A DNA stretch of 64,000 bases from positions 1,209 to 65,208 of the IMG/VR virus record IMGVR_UViG_3300012208_000003; one strand, written 5' to 3'. Origin of the DNA: a virus (lineage: Duplodnaviria > Caudoviricetes). The notes under the pieces were generated by a model. The model was not told where the DNA came from. It saw only the letters and a program-made list of their open reading frames with translations, and made no database searches. Position numbers and translations under genes: made by a program. Positions 1 through 10,882 of this stretch are shown here, piece after piece. Position 1 is the stretch's first letter; each line of letters starts with the position of its first letter.

Positions 1-2
1 TG

Positions 3-71
3 ATTTCCGACCTTGAAGGGCAAGCGTTTGCAAATTCGGCTGGCTACATTATGGAAGCCTACGAAGATTAG
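3..71 (+). CDS. 3' end of a gene cut by the window edge, probably the tail tube protein
   Basis: Open frame ISDLEGQAFANSAGYIMEAYED* ending TAG at 69-71, directly upstream of the chaperone and tape-measure genes. Confidence 0.45.
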   Translation: MSDLEGQAFANSAGYIMEAYED

Positions 72-88
72 TTAATCACAATTCTTCC

Positions 89-117
89 TTGACATCGCTC
101 GTCGACCAAATTAGGAT
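89..117 (+). promoter_or_regulatory. sigma70-type promoter
   Basis: TTGACA (89-94), 17 nt, TAGGAT (112-117) in intergenic DNA. Confidence 0.55.
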
Positions 118-289
118 TCCGTGCAGAGATGATGGGAATAGCCTTCTCATTGTTTCTCCCTTCGGTGGGCGCGGCTCGTTGATTTGGCGTGCCCACCACT
201 AAAACTTCAGTAGTTCAAGGCAGCACGGCCGTTCAAGGGCATTCGCTCACTGGCCGCAATCCAAAACAATTCAAAATGGAAGGCGAATT

Positions 290-649
290 ATGCCGCGCGT
301 ACGTGAAATCAAACTTGACAGCCTCTCTTTGAAAATTGCTCCACTGAGCTGGGATGAAGCCGAGGAGTACATCAAAGAAGGCCGGGAAATGCTGCAGCGC
401 GATCCGAAGCCTTCAGACGAGGAATGGGGCCGACGCACACTCGATTCCGTCGTCAAAGCCTTGAATAAAGGCGCAGGAACGGCGAATGGCAATGGAAATG
501 CGCGCTGGGACGCCAAGAAACTGACTTCGGAACTCGATATCGTCACGATCCATCAGCTTTATGAAGAAATCATGAAGATGAGCGGGCTCTTGACCGTTCC
601 GCGGACGGCTGCCTCGGGGGAAGCGCCGGCGACATCGACTTTGGCCTGA
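290..649 (+). CDS. tail assembly chaperone (gpG-like)
   Basis: 119 aa between tail tube and tape measure; slippery G GGG GAA at 616-622. Confidence 0.75.
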   Translation: MPRVREIKLDSLSLKIAPLSWDEAEEYIKEGREMLQRDPKPSDEEWGRRTLDSVVKALNKGAGTANGNGNARWDAKKLTSELDIVTIHQLYEEIMKMSGLLTVPRTAASGEAPATSTLA

Positions 650-1023
650 TTCGATGCCGCATCGTGACAGAGCTCGGGCTTACTCCGGATGAAGTTGGCG
701 CAATGGATTTTCCGTTTGTGGCGGAGCTATTGGAATACTGGACGAACTTTCCGCCGACCCATGTATTGCTTCGATGGTTTTCGGGATACAAAGGAACAGA
801 AGGGCGGCGCCAGAGCAATTGGCGTTCACGAAGAGCCGAGGAAATGGGCGATCACGATTACCAGCCGGAAAAACAGGTTCCAGAAATGACCGAAAAAGAT
901 TCCCGGATTGCCGCGGAATTCATGACCGGTGCGCGGCATTTGGATTGCGCGGCACCGCATATTCAGCAAGCCGTTGAGCGATTCAAAAAAGGCGAGCATT
1001 TGCTGATTCCGAAGCCGGAATAG
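616..1023 (+). CDS. -1 frameshift extension of the tail chaperone (gpGT-like)
   Basis: -1 frame from GGGGGAA is open (GGSAGDIDFGLIRCRIVTELGL...) and continuous with ORF 664..1023. Confidence 0.7.
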   Translation, partial: GGSAGDIDFGLIRCRIVTELGLTPDEVGAMDFPFVAELLEYWTNFPPTHVLLRWFSGYKGTEGRRQSNWRSRRAEEMGDHDYQPEKQVPEMTEKDSRIAAEFMTGARHLDCAAPHIQQAVERFKKGEHLLIPKPE

Positions 1024-1224
1024 ATATGGTGGAACTTACAAACAAATCCGTGCCTGCACTGCCGAGCCAATTCGCTCCCCGTCTTGTCCAACCATATCCA
1101 TCCCAATTGCTCCGTGCCTGCCGTGCCCTGTTCGAACCCCGCCAGATCCCGTCATACCAGTCCGCATCCCGCCTTCCCGTGCCACAAACATTATATACCC
1201 TAAGTTTCAAGGAAGCAAGACGAC

Positions 1225-3621
1225 ATGCCTGACAATCCATTACGCATTGGAGTCGAAGTAAATGTTGGAGAAGTAGGTAAGCTCGCCGAAGCTTCCAGGC
1301 AAGTTGCCCGCAGTACCGCCACGATGGGCGAGCAGTTCCGGGAAACAGGGAACGCCGCTACCGATATGGCCGCACGCTTTTTAAGAAGCGGCATGGATGT
1401 CGAAACAGTAAAAGGCGCGCTTGTTGGCCTAGGAAGTACTGCAAAACAAGCCGCCGCCATCATGGTTGAACTCGGTGTTGCCACTGCTACAACCGGCACC
1501 GAGATGGCCGCAACAACCACAAAGGTCGATGCATTCACCCGCCAATTAGCAAATTCTGCGATACGAATTGCGGCCAGCGAAACCGGCATGGGCCAATTGG
1601 GTTTTGCCTTCGGCCGTTTGGGCGCGATGAGTTCGACCCTGGCGCCGATTTTAGCTTCCACGTTTACAGTGTTTGCCGTCGTTGCTTTTGTGGAGATGAT
1701 CGAACGCGCAGTTGAAGCCTACGAAAAATGGGTTCACTTGGGCGAAAAGACAGTTCATAAGATCGACGACCAGACGCTTTCACTCGCGATGCAGGGCGAC
1801 CAACTCGATATCGTCAATATCCGCATTGAAAATCAAATCGCCAAGCTGGAACACAAGCCCGAGAACTTCCTGGGCCTGGCTTTGGCCGAGAACAAACTCA
1901 GGGCTGATGAACTTGCCAAGTCGCTTGAAGACGCTATTCAGAAAACCGTTACGTTATTGAAAGCCGGCCCGGGGCTGGGTTCTGCCATGTTTCTGGGTAC
2001 TGCCAATATTGCGGCAGTGGGCAAATTGATCGAGCCGCTCGAACGCGAATTACAGCTTGCGCGGATGGCCAACGATCAACAGGCTGAAAAAAGTGTTCTG
2101 CTCAAAGAACAAATTATCTTGCAGAAAGCTTTGGCCGAAGAGTTGAGCCAGCAGGTAGCGCCGGACACTGGTGCCGGAGACTTGGGGTTGACAGGCGTAA
2201 TCGGCAGAGCGCCCGATCCGGATGCTCTAAATACTTACAAATCGGCTCTTCAAGGCGTTCAAAATCAACTTGACAACATGGCGAGAACAGAGAAATCCAA
2301 TGCAGATGAGATAAAATTAGCCGCTGAACAGAAAGCAGCCGAAGCCAGAAGGTTTGCCGAGCAGGACGACAAACTTTATCAGGAAAATATCAAGAACAGC
2401 GAAAAGCTTGCCAAGGCCGATCTTGAAGCCATCACCAAACGAATGAAGCTTGAAGACGAAGCGCAACGCCGTCTCGATATCGATATAAAAAGAAATGAGG
2501 CAGAGGGAATAAAAGCCGCCAGGCAAGCCGAAGAGGCATGGCAGCGCGCCGCAGAAGTGCGCATCCGCGGGGAAGAAGAAGCCTTGCGCGTTTCCGAGCA
2601 CGCTTCGGAGAACCGCATCCGCGATATTAAGGCCCAGGAAGGCATCAGCGCTGCCGGAATCAGCAAAGGACCGATCACTGCCGTTTTTGAGCAGGAATCG
2701 CTTAGGCAACAGACGATTGTCGCTGCCGAGGCCATGCAAGAAGCGAAAGCTGCTGCGGCCAGTTATGAAGCTGAACTCGATATCGTCAAGAATGTAATGC
2801 TCGAGGTAAATCAGAACTCCGAAGAGGGTGTCAGGCAGTTCAGGGATCTCGAAAGGCAGATGCAGCAGTTGCAACATCTGATGGACAACGCCACCGCTTC
2901 CGCCGATCGCTGGGGTTCAACGCTGAAACAGATTGCCGCTCAGCAGCGCGACTTGGGCATCAGCATGACCAACATCAAGATCGCAACGGAAAACGCCGCG
3001 CACGCCGGTTTCGAGAGTTTCAATTCCGCTTTTCTTAGAATGGCTGCAGGCGGTGCAAGTTTTGCGCATGTCATGCAAAGTCTGTGGACCGGCATCGCGA
3101 ACAGTTTCATAACTTCCGTTCTCAAGATGGCCGAGGAATGGATTGCCAAAAAACTGATCATGATAGCAATAGAAAGAGCATTCGGGGCATCGGCCGCGGC
3201 AACAGCAACGGCAAGTATTGGCTTAAAAGAAGTGGACCGGCAGGCAGCGATCGGTGATGCAGCTGCCACGGCTGCGATTGCAGCGGCCTGGTTCGGCCCA
3301 GAAGCAGCAATTGCTGCGGCCGCTGAGGTCGAAGCCGCACTGCAGGGAATTACTGCTTTTGAAAAAGGCGGCCTTGTGAAAGCTGGTTTGCATGAAGGAG
3401 AAATGGTCTTGCCGGCACATATCGCAAGTTTTGTGCTACAAAGTGCCAGTGCTGCTGGCGGAGTTGGTGGGCCAGGTGGCCCGGGCGGACCAGGCGGAGC
3501 CGCCGGTCGGACAGTGAACAATAATATTCATCTCGAAATACATCATGGAGGGACGATTGGTCAAGGCGATATAACTAATGCCGTAAAACGCGCACTTCGC
3601 CAAGGTTCCTATTCGGTATGA
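1225..3621 (+). CDS. tail tape measure protein
   Basis: 798 aa, Ala-rich helical/coiled-coil; C-terminal FEKGG..LHEGEMVLP motif; synteny. Confidence 0.85.
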   Translation: MPDNPLRIGVEVNVGEVGKLAEASRQVARSTATMGEQFRETGNAATDMAARFLRSGMDVETVKGALVGLGSTAKQAAAIMVELGVATATTGTEMAATTTKVDAFTRQLANSAIRIAASETGMGQLGFAFGRLGAMSSTLAPILASTFTVFAVVAFVEMIERAVEAYEKWVHLGEKTVHKIDDQTLSLAMQGDQLDIVNIRIENQIAKLEHKPENFLGLALAENKLRADELAKSLEDAIQKTVTLLKAGPGLGSAMFLGTANIAAVGKLIEPLERELQLARMANDQQAEKSVLLKEQIILQKALAEELSQQVAPDTGAGDLGLTGVIGRAPDPDALNTYKSALQGVQNQLDNMARTEKSNADEIKLAAEQKAAEARRFAEQDDKLYQENIKNSEKLAKADLEAITKRMKLEDEAQRRLDIDIKRNEAEGIKAARQAEEAWQRAAEVRIRGEEEALRVSEHASENRIRDIKAQEGISAAGISKGPITAVFEQESLRQQTIVAAEAMQEAKAAAASYEAELDIVKNVMLEVNQNSEEGVRQFRDLERQMQQLQHLMDNATASADRWGSTLKQIAAQQRDLGISMTNIKIATENAAHAGFESFNSAFLRMAAGGASFAHVMQSLWTGIANSFITSVLKMAEEWIAKKLIMIAIERAFGASAAATATASIGLKEVDRQAAIGDAAATAAIAAAWFGPEAAIAAAAEVEAALQGITAFEKGGLVKAGLHEGEMVLPAHIASFVLQSASAAGGVGGPGGPGGPGGAAGRTVNNNIHLEIHHGGTIGQGDITNAVKRALRQGSYSV

Positions 3622-3645
3622 TGCGATCATAGGGGCAAGTATAAA

Positions 3646-4794
3646 GTGTCAAATCTTCTTCTTCCAAATCTCCGTCAGCCTCGTAATCTCAGCTGGGGTT
3701 GGCCGGTTAAAAAGACGCCGAGCTATTCAACGATCGTGCAAACTCCCGCCAGTCGCCGCGGCGAAGTCCGGATTTCCTTGACGCCCAATCCCGTTTGGAA
3801 TTTCGAGATTGATCTGACTTATATTTACGGTGATTTGCAAACGGCCAATTCGGCAATCAAAAGTTTACTGGGATTCTATAATACCGTGAAGGGAGCCAGC
3901 GATGATTGGCTGTTTCTCGATCCTTACGACAATCTTCTGACGGGCGAGTTACTCGGATATGGCGATGGTGTCACGACACAATTTCAATTTTGTCGCACTC
4001 TTGGATTCGGTGGATTCGAGATGATGCAAACCGTTTTTCCAACGGCGCTCTACATTAACAGTGTTGCTGTGCCGGCTGGCCCACAGCCTAGCGGGAATCA
4101 ATGGTATTGCGGCCTCGAGAACTTATTGAACTATTCGCAGGACTTTTCGCAATCAGCCTATTGGGTCAACAGCCTCAGTGTCGTAGTCACACCTAATAAT
4201 CAGACAGCGCCAGATGGTACTATGACCGCCGATACTCTCGCATTTCCGGCCACTGCTTTCGCGAACCTAAAGCAGAATGCTTCGATCTATTCCTCGCCTG
4301 GATTGACGGTAACTTTCAGCGTTTGGCTGAAAGCAGCAGCCCCGGTTAACGGGCCGATTTATATGGCACTAGGGCACGGTCCAGGACCATTACAGGAAAG
4401 CAATTTAATTCCTTCGATTACTACCGCGTGGCAGAGATTCTCGCTCACTAAGACATTTCCCTTTGGCCCAGGAGGGCAAGGCATTCCTTCCCCCATATAC
4501 GGAGCCATTGTCCTCAATTCAGGCCAGCCTGCAACGACAATTTATGCGTGGGGCGCGCAACTCGAACGTTGGTCATCGGCAACATCTTATGTCGTTTCTA
4601 CCAATAATGCTCCCGTGCAACCACTAGGATTGGCGAGTTTCAATATCGCGCCGGCATCCTCGTTATCCATATCCGCCGATTTCAATTACTACTATCGCTG
4701 CCGCTTTTTGGAAGATGAATGGACCGACTTATCTGAGTTTCTCTTTCAATTGTGGGAACTCAAGGCGTTGAAATTCAGGAGTTTGATCATTTGA
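3646..4794 (+). CDS. distal tail protein (DUF2460-like) with inserted beta-sandwich domain
   Basis: Follows tape measure; WLFLDPYD, GDGVTTQFQF and ADFNYYYRCRF motifs. Confidence 0.7.
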   Translation: MSNLLLPNLRQPRNLSWGWPVKKTPSYSTIVQTPASRRGEVRISLTPNPVWNFEIDLTYIYGDLQTANSAIKSLLGFYNTVKGASDDWLFLDPYDNLLTGELLGYGDGVTTQFQFCRTLGFGGFEMMQTVFPTALYINSVAVPAGPQPSGNQWYCGLENLLNYSQDFSQSAYWVNSLSVVVTPNNQTAPDGTMTADTLAFPATAFANLKQNASIYSSPGLTVTFSVWLKAAAPVNGPIYMALGHGPGPLQESNLIPSITTAWQRFSLTKTFPFGPGGQGIPSPIYGAIVLNSGQPATTIYAWGAQLERWSSATSYVVSTNNAPVQPLGLASFNIAPASSLSISADFNYYYRCRFLEDEWTDLSEFLFQLWELKALKFRSLII

Positions 4795-6164
4795 AAAATT
4801 TTTCCACGGGCCTTTTGGCTTTCCTGAAAACCACAAGGAGCTACAATCGCGCGGACCTGTTTTCCATTACGCCGATCCCGCAGAATCTTTTATTGTGGTC
4901 GCAATCTTTCAATAATGCGGCCTGGAATTACAACCAAATCACTCGGCCGGTATCTGCAACGATTTCAGCTCCGAACGGAACTTTAACTGCTAGTGCATTA
5001 GTCCCCACAGGTGGCGCGACAGATGCCTATGCGTACCAGAATGTGAATCTTATAATTGGCCAGACCTATACCTTTTCGATTTGGTTAAAAGTTCCATCCG
5101 GCTCTAAGTCTATAAATATATACATCAGCGATGGCATCAGTAATTCAACTATTTCTGCGGCCTTGACGACGTCATGGCAGCGATTTTCAGTCAGCAGAAG
5201 TTTGGCCGGGACAAACGGTGTATTTCAAATTGGTGGTGGCGGAACTTGGACAACGGGCGAAGTAGATGCGTGGGGCGCGCAATTGGAATGGTCTTCAGTA
5301 ATCGGTCCCTATGTCGCAACGCAATCAGTTCCCATCGGTCCTTACGGTCCGCGCCCGCCATCGATCAATGCGACTTCCTCACAATTTGACATCAGCTATC
5401 AGGGTGTCACCTATTCCAGTTCGAAGTTTGGCACTTGGGAACGCGGGAAAATCACGTCGGAAACATCCTTCGATTTGAAGGCCAATGATATGACGCTAAG
5501 CGTGCTCGCGCCCGGGGAACTGGTATATCCGAATACGAGTGTCACTATGATGGGAGCAGCGCAACTAGGTTTATTCGATGCCGCCCTCGTGCAGGTCTTT
5601 ACTGCCTATTGGCCCATCGGGCAGATGCCGAATCCCTATATCACTTCATGGGGCATCGAAACAAAATTTATCGGCTATATCAAGCCGAACGGCTCGATCA
5701 GCAGAAGCAGACTCGAATTCGAAGTTGCTGACGCGCTCTACCTGCTCAATCAAAAATTGCCCCGCAACATCATCCAAGCAAGCTGCCGGCATACGCTCTA
5801 CGATGCTAATTGCACCATGGTCGCGACAAATTTCAAGTCGGCTACTATGACCGTTGCCTCCGGGAGCACTCGGCAAAGCATCAATACCACTGCAACACTT
5901 GGACAATCGCCACCATATTTCACCCAGGGCTACATCACGTTCTTGACCGGCCAGAATGCCGGATTGAGTTTCACCGTCAAGCAGCAGACAAGTACTACAA
6001 ACCTTCTATTGGCTGCCGCTGTGCCTCTACCATTGGCGCTTGGCGATACGCTGACAGTATTCGCGGGGTGCGACAAAACCGAAGCAACCTGTAATGGAAA
6101 ATTCAGTAACTTAATCCACATAGGGGCTACCCCGTTCGTTCCGAATCCCGAGGTTGCTATCTAA
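4791..6164 (+). CDS. baseplate hub / minor tail protein (DUF2163-like) with inserted domain
   Basis: CRHTLYDANC and GCDKTEATCNGKFSN..GATPFVP Cys motifs; TTG start overlaps upstream stop. Confidence 0.8.
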   Translation: MKNFSTGLLAFLKTTRSYNRADLFSITPIPQNLLLWSQSFNNAAWNYNQITRPVSATISAPNGTLTASALVPTGGATDAYAYQNVNLIIGQTYTFSIWLKVPSGSKSINIYISDGISNSTISAALTTSWQRFSVSRSLAGTNGVFQIGGGGTWTTGEVDAWGAQLEWSSVIGPYVATQSVPIGPYGPRPPSINATSSQFDISYQGVTYSSSKFGTWERGKITSETSFDLKANDMTLSVLAPGELVYPNTSVTMMGAAQLGLFDAALVQVFTAYWPIGQMPNPYITSWGIETKFIGYIKPNGSISRSRLEFEVADALYLLNQKLPRNIIQASCRHTLYDANCTMVATNFKSATMTVASGSTRQSINTTATLGQSPPYFTQGYITFLTGQNAGLSFTVKQQTSTTNLLLAAAVPLPLALGDTLTVFAGCDKTEATCNGKFSNLIHIGATPFVPNPEVAI

Positions 6165-6841
6165 TGAGTAAATACACAAGATGGTTTATATATGGATTAA
6201 TGGAAAACAGTATTGTATTTTATGTCGGAAAGACCAGGAATATTTATCGTCGAATGAAAGAACATCGACAAGCACTTGGCTATTGGCCAGAATTTTGTAT
6301 TCTCGAATCAGGTACAACGTTTGCATGGTGGATTGCTGAGCGAAAATGGATTAGAAAACTTCATCCGCAATTGAAAAACATATCTCCCGGTGGTCATGGC
6401 CGCGATTTTCTTCCTGAATCTAGCCGTCGCAAAATTTCACTTGCGAATAAAGGACGGCCTAAACCGCCCAGTTTCCTGCGGAAACTCAAGAGAAACTGGC
6501 GCCTTGGTATCTACGCAGAGCGTATTGTTGCAAAGAATGCTGGGCAATTTCGTAAAGGTCAAAAGAGCGCCTTCGCCGGTTATAGACATCACGAAAAAAC
6601 AAAACTTATTTTGAGTGAAATCAGCAGCAAAAATCTAATCGGCAATAAGCGACGCCTCGGAATCCCATTCACTCCAGAGCAACGTGCGCGTCTATCTGAA
6701 ATTGGCAAGAGAAATCCGAACGGAAATCCTAAACTTATGGCCCAGCGCGCCAAAATGTTTTGGAGCAATCTGAAAGGGAAGAAACGCAAATTGTTTCTCG
6801 CTCATCGAGAAGCCGCACGGCAGAAGGCGCTCAATTCATGA
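6164..6841 (+). CDS. GIY-YIG homing endonuclease with NUMOD3-like repeats
   Basis: FIYGL..FYVGKT..RRMKEH; ESSRRKISLANKGR; AT-richer; interrupts the tail operon. Confidence 0.8.
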   Translation: MSKYTRWFIYGLMENSIVFYVGKTRNIYRRMKEHRQALGYWPEFCILESGTTFAWWIAERKWIRKLHPQLKNISPGGHGRDFLPESSRRKISLANKGRPKPPSFLRKLKRNWRLGIYAERIVAKNAGQFRKGQKSAFAGYRHHEKTKLILSEISSKNLIGNKRRLGIPFTPEQRARLSEIGKRNPNGNPKLMAQRAKMFWSNLKGKKRKLFLAHREAARQKALNS

Positions 6842-7296
6842 CTGAATCCGACCATCGCGCTCAAATCATAGCCATTGCACGATCCTGGCTCAACACACCC
6901 TTCATTGATTCGCAATCTTGCAAGGGTTTCGGGGTCGATTGTGCCTACTTCCTATCTGCAGTTGCTACTGAAGCCGGCGTAGTCGAGCACGTTGAAATAC
7001 CTCCCTATTCACCGCAAATCTATCTGCACAAGAAAGCAGATGGAACCTGGGACAATACCTATGAACAAATCATTCGTCAGTACGCGCATGAAATTTCAGA
7101 AGCCCAGGTCAAACCAGGCGACATAGTTCTTTACAAAATTGCTCACTCCTACACCCATGGTGGCATCATCGAATCCTGGCCGGATAAAATCATTCATCCG
7201 ATTCGTCCTCATGGCGTGATCTATTCATCGGCAAATGAAGGTTTCGTGCGGCAGCGCGAGCATCGTTTCTTTTCCGTGTTCACGGAGAACAAGTAA
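6838..7296 (+). CDS. tail-associated NlpC/P60 peptidase
   Basis: ARSWLNTPF..GVDCAYF, PGDIVLY..THGGI. Confidence 0.85.
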   Translation: MTESDHRAQIIAIARSWLNTPFIDSQSCKGFGVDCAYFLSAVATEAGVVEHVEIPPYSPQIYLHKKADGTWDNTYEQIIRQYAHEISEAQVKPGDIVLYKIAHSYTHGGIIESWPDKIIHPIRPHGVIYSSANEGFVRQREHRFFSVFTENK

Positions 7297-10200
7297 TGGG
7301 TTTACTGGGCGGTGGAGGCGGAAACCGTACGCAAAAGTACAATGCCGTTCGGACTAACAACTCGATTCTTGGCATCACCATCCCCATTCTTTTCGGCCAG
7401 AACCGTATTGCTGCGCGCTTGATCGATTACAACGATTTCACGGTCAACAAGGCCAAACAGCAAGGCGGCAAAGGACTTGGCAAAGGCGGCACACAATATG
7501 TCTATACCGCTTCGATTATCGCTCTCCTCGCTCAAGGCCCTATCAACGCGCTTTTGAACCTTTGGGATTCTACTGGCCGTTTCGTGCTTCTCAACTCTTC
7601 TGAGAATCATACAATCCCGGGTGGCGGCGGCACATTCACGCCGGCAAATGCTGCTATTTTCGGCAACGATCAGGGCGTTTATGTTGCGACAAGTTATTCC
7701 GTAGGTCCTTTTACGGATTACGGGTCTCCTGGGCCGGTAACGCTCACCGGAACACATAACATACCGATGGTTCAAGTCCCATCATCGCCTGGCGCCGGAC
7801 AGTACAGCGTGAATCCAACAACTGGCGTTTACAGTTTTGCCGCTGCCGACGCCGGAAAAATTACTACCGTAAATTATTCTTATTACCGCTACCAGATCAT
7901 CACCCAGGAAATCACGGTCGTGCCATTCTCCGGCCCTTATACGGTTACGGTAGACAATTCGACGAATTTCGTTGCGGATATCGGCGTGAGCTTCTATCCA
8001 AGCGGGACAGCATTGATCAGGGTAGGCAGCTCGCCGGCCGCAGGGCACTATTCGGAATCCGGAGGAACCTATACTTTCAACTCCGCCGATACCGGACTAG
8101 GCATCGTCATTCACTATCAATATAAAGATACCAATACAAGCACGAATGCCCCAACAACATTGAATCTCATGCTTGTCAGCGGTTTGCTTGGTCAGTCTCC
8201 GCTTTCCTACATGACCGGGAAGCACCCCTCAAAGGCTCTCGGTTATTCGCAACTGGCCTACATTTTTTCTTCGGGCCTCTATTTAGGTTTCACTCCGGAA
8301 TTGCCCAATTATTCGTACGAAGTTGCCGGCAATTATCAGTTTGGCGCCGGCATTCTCGATGCGAATCCCGCCGATTGCATTCTTGCCTTGCTGACCGATC
8401 CAGCCTTCGGCATCGGTTTTCCGATCAATGGCATAAGCGGTCTTGATCGTGCGTCTCTTACGCGCAATTGCTGGACAGCGAATTCTTTTTTCATTTCGCC
8501 GATCATCGAGAATCAAACGCCTTGCGCCCACATCATTGGTCCTTGGCTCGAAGCTGGCATGGTCGGTGCATTTTGGAGCGAAGGATTGCTCAAATTCGTT
8601 GCTTATAGCGATACTACGGCAGTTGGAAATGGTGTCACCTATTCGCCATCGACGACGCCGATTGTGAATATTACCGATGACAATTACATTCTTCCGAAAG
8701 ACAAGGCCGAGGATCCCGTAAAAATTACGCGATCTGCCTGGCAGGATGCCTACAACCGCGTGCAAGTCACCTATCAGGCGCGCATAAACGATTACAACCC
8801 GGAAGTTGTCTACGAACAAGATGAAGCATCGATCGGGCGGTACGGTTTGCGCATCGAGGATCCGCAGCAATATGATTTCGTCACTACGCTTGTGGCCGCG
8901 CAATACGCGGCTTCGATGCGCGTGCAGCGCAAGTCTTATATCCGGAACGAATACACTTTCAAACTTCCTGACACATTTTCGTATTTGGAGCCGATGGATG
9001 TCGTTACGATCAACGATGTTGTCCTTGGACTCTCAGGAACTCCTGTTCGAATCACAAAAATCGAAGATGATCCACAAGAAGGTTTGAGCATTACCGCAGA
9101 GGATTTCATCTGGGGCACTGCGCAGCCCGCTTACAATCCGAAAGGCGTCAACGCGCCGTATATTTTGGAGCTTGGCCAGCAGGATCCCGGGACTATCCAG
9201 ACACCGATTATTTTCGAGGCCAATCATCGAGTAACGCAAGGACTTGGTTATCAGATTTGGATTGGCGCGGCAGGACTGAATACCAATTGGGGTGGCTGCC
9301 ATGTGTGGGTTAGCCGGGATAATACGAACTTCCTCCAAGTGCAGGATATCTATGGCAATCAAGCACTCAACTCTCCTGCGCGCATGGGCCTGGCCACAAC
9401 TACGCTTCCATTTGGCGCCGACCCCGATACCACGAATTCCGTAACAGTGAATTTGAGTCAGAGCAATGCCACATTGGCCTCGGGCACGGCCGCGGATGCG
9501 GATAACCTCGTTACCCTCTGCCTGATCGATTCAGAATTGATTTCCTATCAGACGGCTACACTCGTGGGATCGAGCCTATATACGCTCGGAACCCGGCTAC
9601 GCCGTGGCGTTTTAGGAACGCCGATTGCTCCCCACGCCATCAATGCGCCATTCTTACGGATTGACGCGAATGTTTTCAAGTTTGCGCTTGATCCGTTATT
9701 TGTTGCCCAAACACTCTATTTCAAGTTCACTTCCTTCAATTTGCTCGGCAATCAGGAGCAATCACTCGACGCCGTATCGAGTTACACTTTCTCACCAATG
9801 GGAATCAAAATACCGGTCGTTGGAACGGCGCCGGCGAACGTTTTGTCCTATACTGCCAAAACCAACGCAGCTGCTTCCGCCTTGATTACATTTAGCTGGA
9901 GTACCTTCAATATCACCAGAAGCGATGGTAGCTTGATCGTCGTTCCTGCCAGTTCATCGTTGCCTGTTCCGGGCACTCCCACGCTTGGACAAGTTGCTGG
10001 CGGATCCTTGGCTTCGCGAACACGGTATGTGCGCATCGGCTATATGCGCAACGCTATGATCTGCGGCATTTCCGCTGAGAGCTCTTTCGCGGTCAGCGCC
10101 AACAACCTTTTGACAGTGACGTCACCTACGGCCCTTGCTGGCTATGATGGTTGGATCCCGCTGGTCGGCACGGCAGCTAACGGCGAATACCCAAACACAG

Positions 10201-10577
10201 TTGGCACCAACGGCATGATCGCTTTCGGCACTACGTTCACGGAACCAACAGCAGGGTTCGCTATGTCCGGCAGCCAATATTCCGACGATGCGAATGGCCA
10301 GAGAGCTGTGCGGGCACTTGATTTGACAGCGTCGACTACCTATTATTTTTATCCTTACTACAATACGAATAGCGGAGCGGTAGAATTTGCTCTCGGCGCT
10401 AATACCGCTATTAGTTTGGCTGCTTCGACCATACAAATTGCTGATGGTAATGTAGGTATGACTACAGGGCCCGTAGCTGGTGGGATTGCTACGCCGGCGG
10501 CAGGCGGTAGTGGTGGTGGCAGCGGCGGCGGCGGCGGCGGCGGTAGTGGCGGTGGCGGCGGCCATAATATTCTATGA
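7296..10577 (+). CDS. tail tip / host-specificity protein
   Basis: 1093 aa; IPILFGQNR, DANPADCI, LEPMDVVTI..VRITKIE, LRRGVLGT, YFKFTSFN; poly-Gly C-terminus. Confidence 0.85.
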   Translation: MGLLGGGGGNRTQKYNAVRTNNSILGITIPILFGQNRIAARLIDYNDFTVNKAKQQGGKGLGKGGTQYVYTASIIALLAQGPINALLNLWDSTGRFVLLNSSENHTIPGGGGTFTPANAAIFGNDQGVYVATSYSVGPFTDYGSPGPVTLTGTHNIPMVQVPSSPGAGQYSVNPTTGVYSFAAADAGKITTVNYSYYRYQIITQEITVVPFSGPYTVTVDNSTNFVADIGVSFYPSGTALIRVGSSPAAGHYSESGGTYTFNSADTGLGIVIHYQYKDTNTSTNAPTTLNLMLVSGLLGQSPLSYMTGKHPSKALGYSQLAYIFSSGLYLGFTPELPNYSYEVAGNYQFGAGILDANPADCILALLTDPAFGIGFPINGISGLDRASLTRNCWTANSFFISPIIENQTPCAHIIGPWLEAGMVGAFWSEGLLKFVAYSDTTAVGNGVTYSPSTTPIVNITDDNYILPKDKAEDPVKITRSAWQDAYNRVQVTYQARINDYNPEVVYEQDEASIGRYGLRIEDPQQYDFVTTLVAAQYAASMRVQRKSYIRNEYTFKLPDTFSYLEPMDVVTINDVVLGLSGTPVRITKIEDDPQEGLSITAEDFIWGTAQPAYNPKGVNAPYILELGQQDPGTIQTPIIFEANHRVTQGLGYQIWIGAAGLNTNWGGCHVWVSRDNTNFLQVQDIYGNQALNSPARMGLATTTLPFGADPDTTNSVTVNLSQSNATLASGTAADADNLVTLCLIDSELISYQTATLVGSSLYTLGTRLRRGVLGTPIAPHAINAPFLRIDANVFKFALDPLFVAQTLYFKFTSFNLLGNQEQSLDAVSSYTFSPMGIKIPVVGTAPANVLSYTAKTNAAASALITFSWSTFNITRSDGSLIVVPASSSLPVPGTPTLGQVAGGSLASRTRYVRIGYMRNAMICGISAESSFAVSANNLLTVTSPTALAGYDGWIPLVGTAANGEYPNTVGTNGMIAFGTTFTEPTAGFAMSGSQYSDDANGQRAVRALDLTASTTYYFYPYYNTNSGAVEFALGANTAISLAASTIQIADGNVGMTTGPVAGGIATPAAGGSGGGSGGGGGGGSGGGGGHNIL

Positions 10578-10882
10578 AGCGATGGCTGATCATCCCGATG
10601 GCCAATATCTCCAGTATCCCTGGAGAATGGCATTCCGTTCATTTAGCCGATGATCTGGCTTTTATTGGTGCAGCCGACCTCCAGCCACATGACATTACTG
10701 CATTGCAGGCGATTCCAAACGTCATCATTCTGCCGGCTATCAACTCCAGGACCGTGGTGGGAACGCAGGTCGCTAGCATCCTCACTGATTGCGGTGTCTT
10801 GGATACCGACACGACCTACGATATTCTCGAGAAAGTGATTGCCACCACCGGACTTCACCAGGTGGGATTGCGTGAAACATGA
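10574..10882 (+). CDS. hypothetical protein
   Basis: Translationally coupled (ATGA overlaps) on both sides. Confidence 0.6.
   Translation: MKRWLIIPMANISSIPGEWHSVHLADDLAFIGAADLQPHDITALQAIPNVIILPAINSRTVVGTQVASILTDCGVLDTDTTYDILEKVIATTGLHQVGLRET

Noticed and set aside
10503-10562. GGC/GGT repeat
   Set aside because: In-frame poly-Gly tail of the tail tip protein
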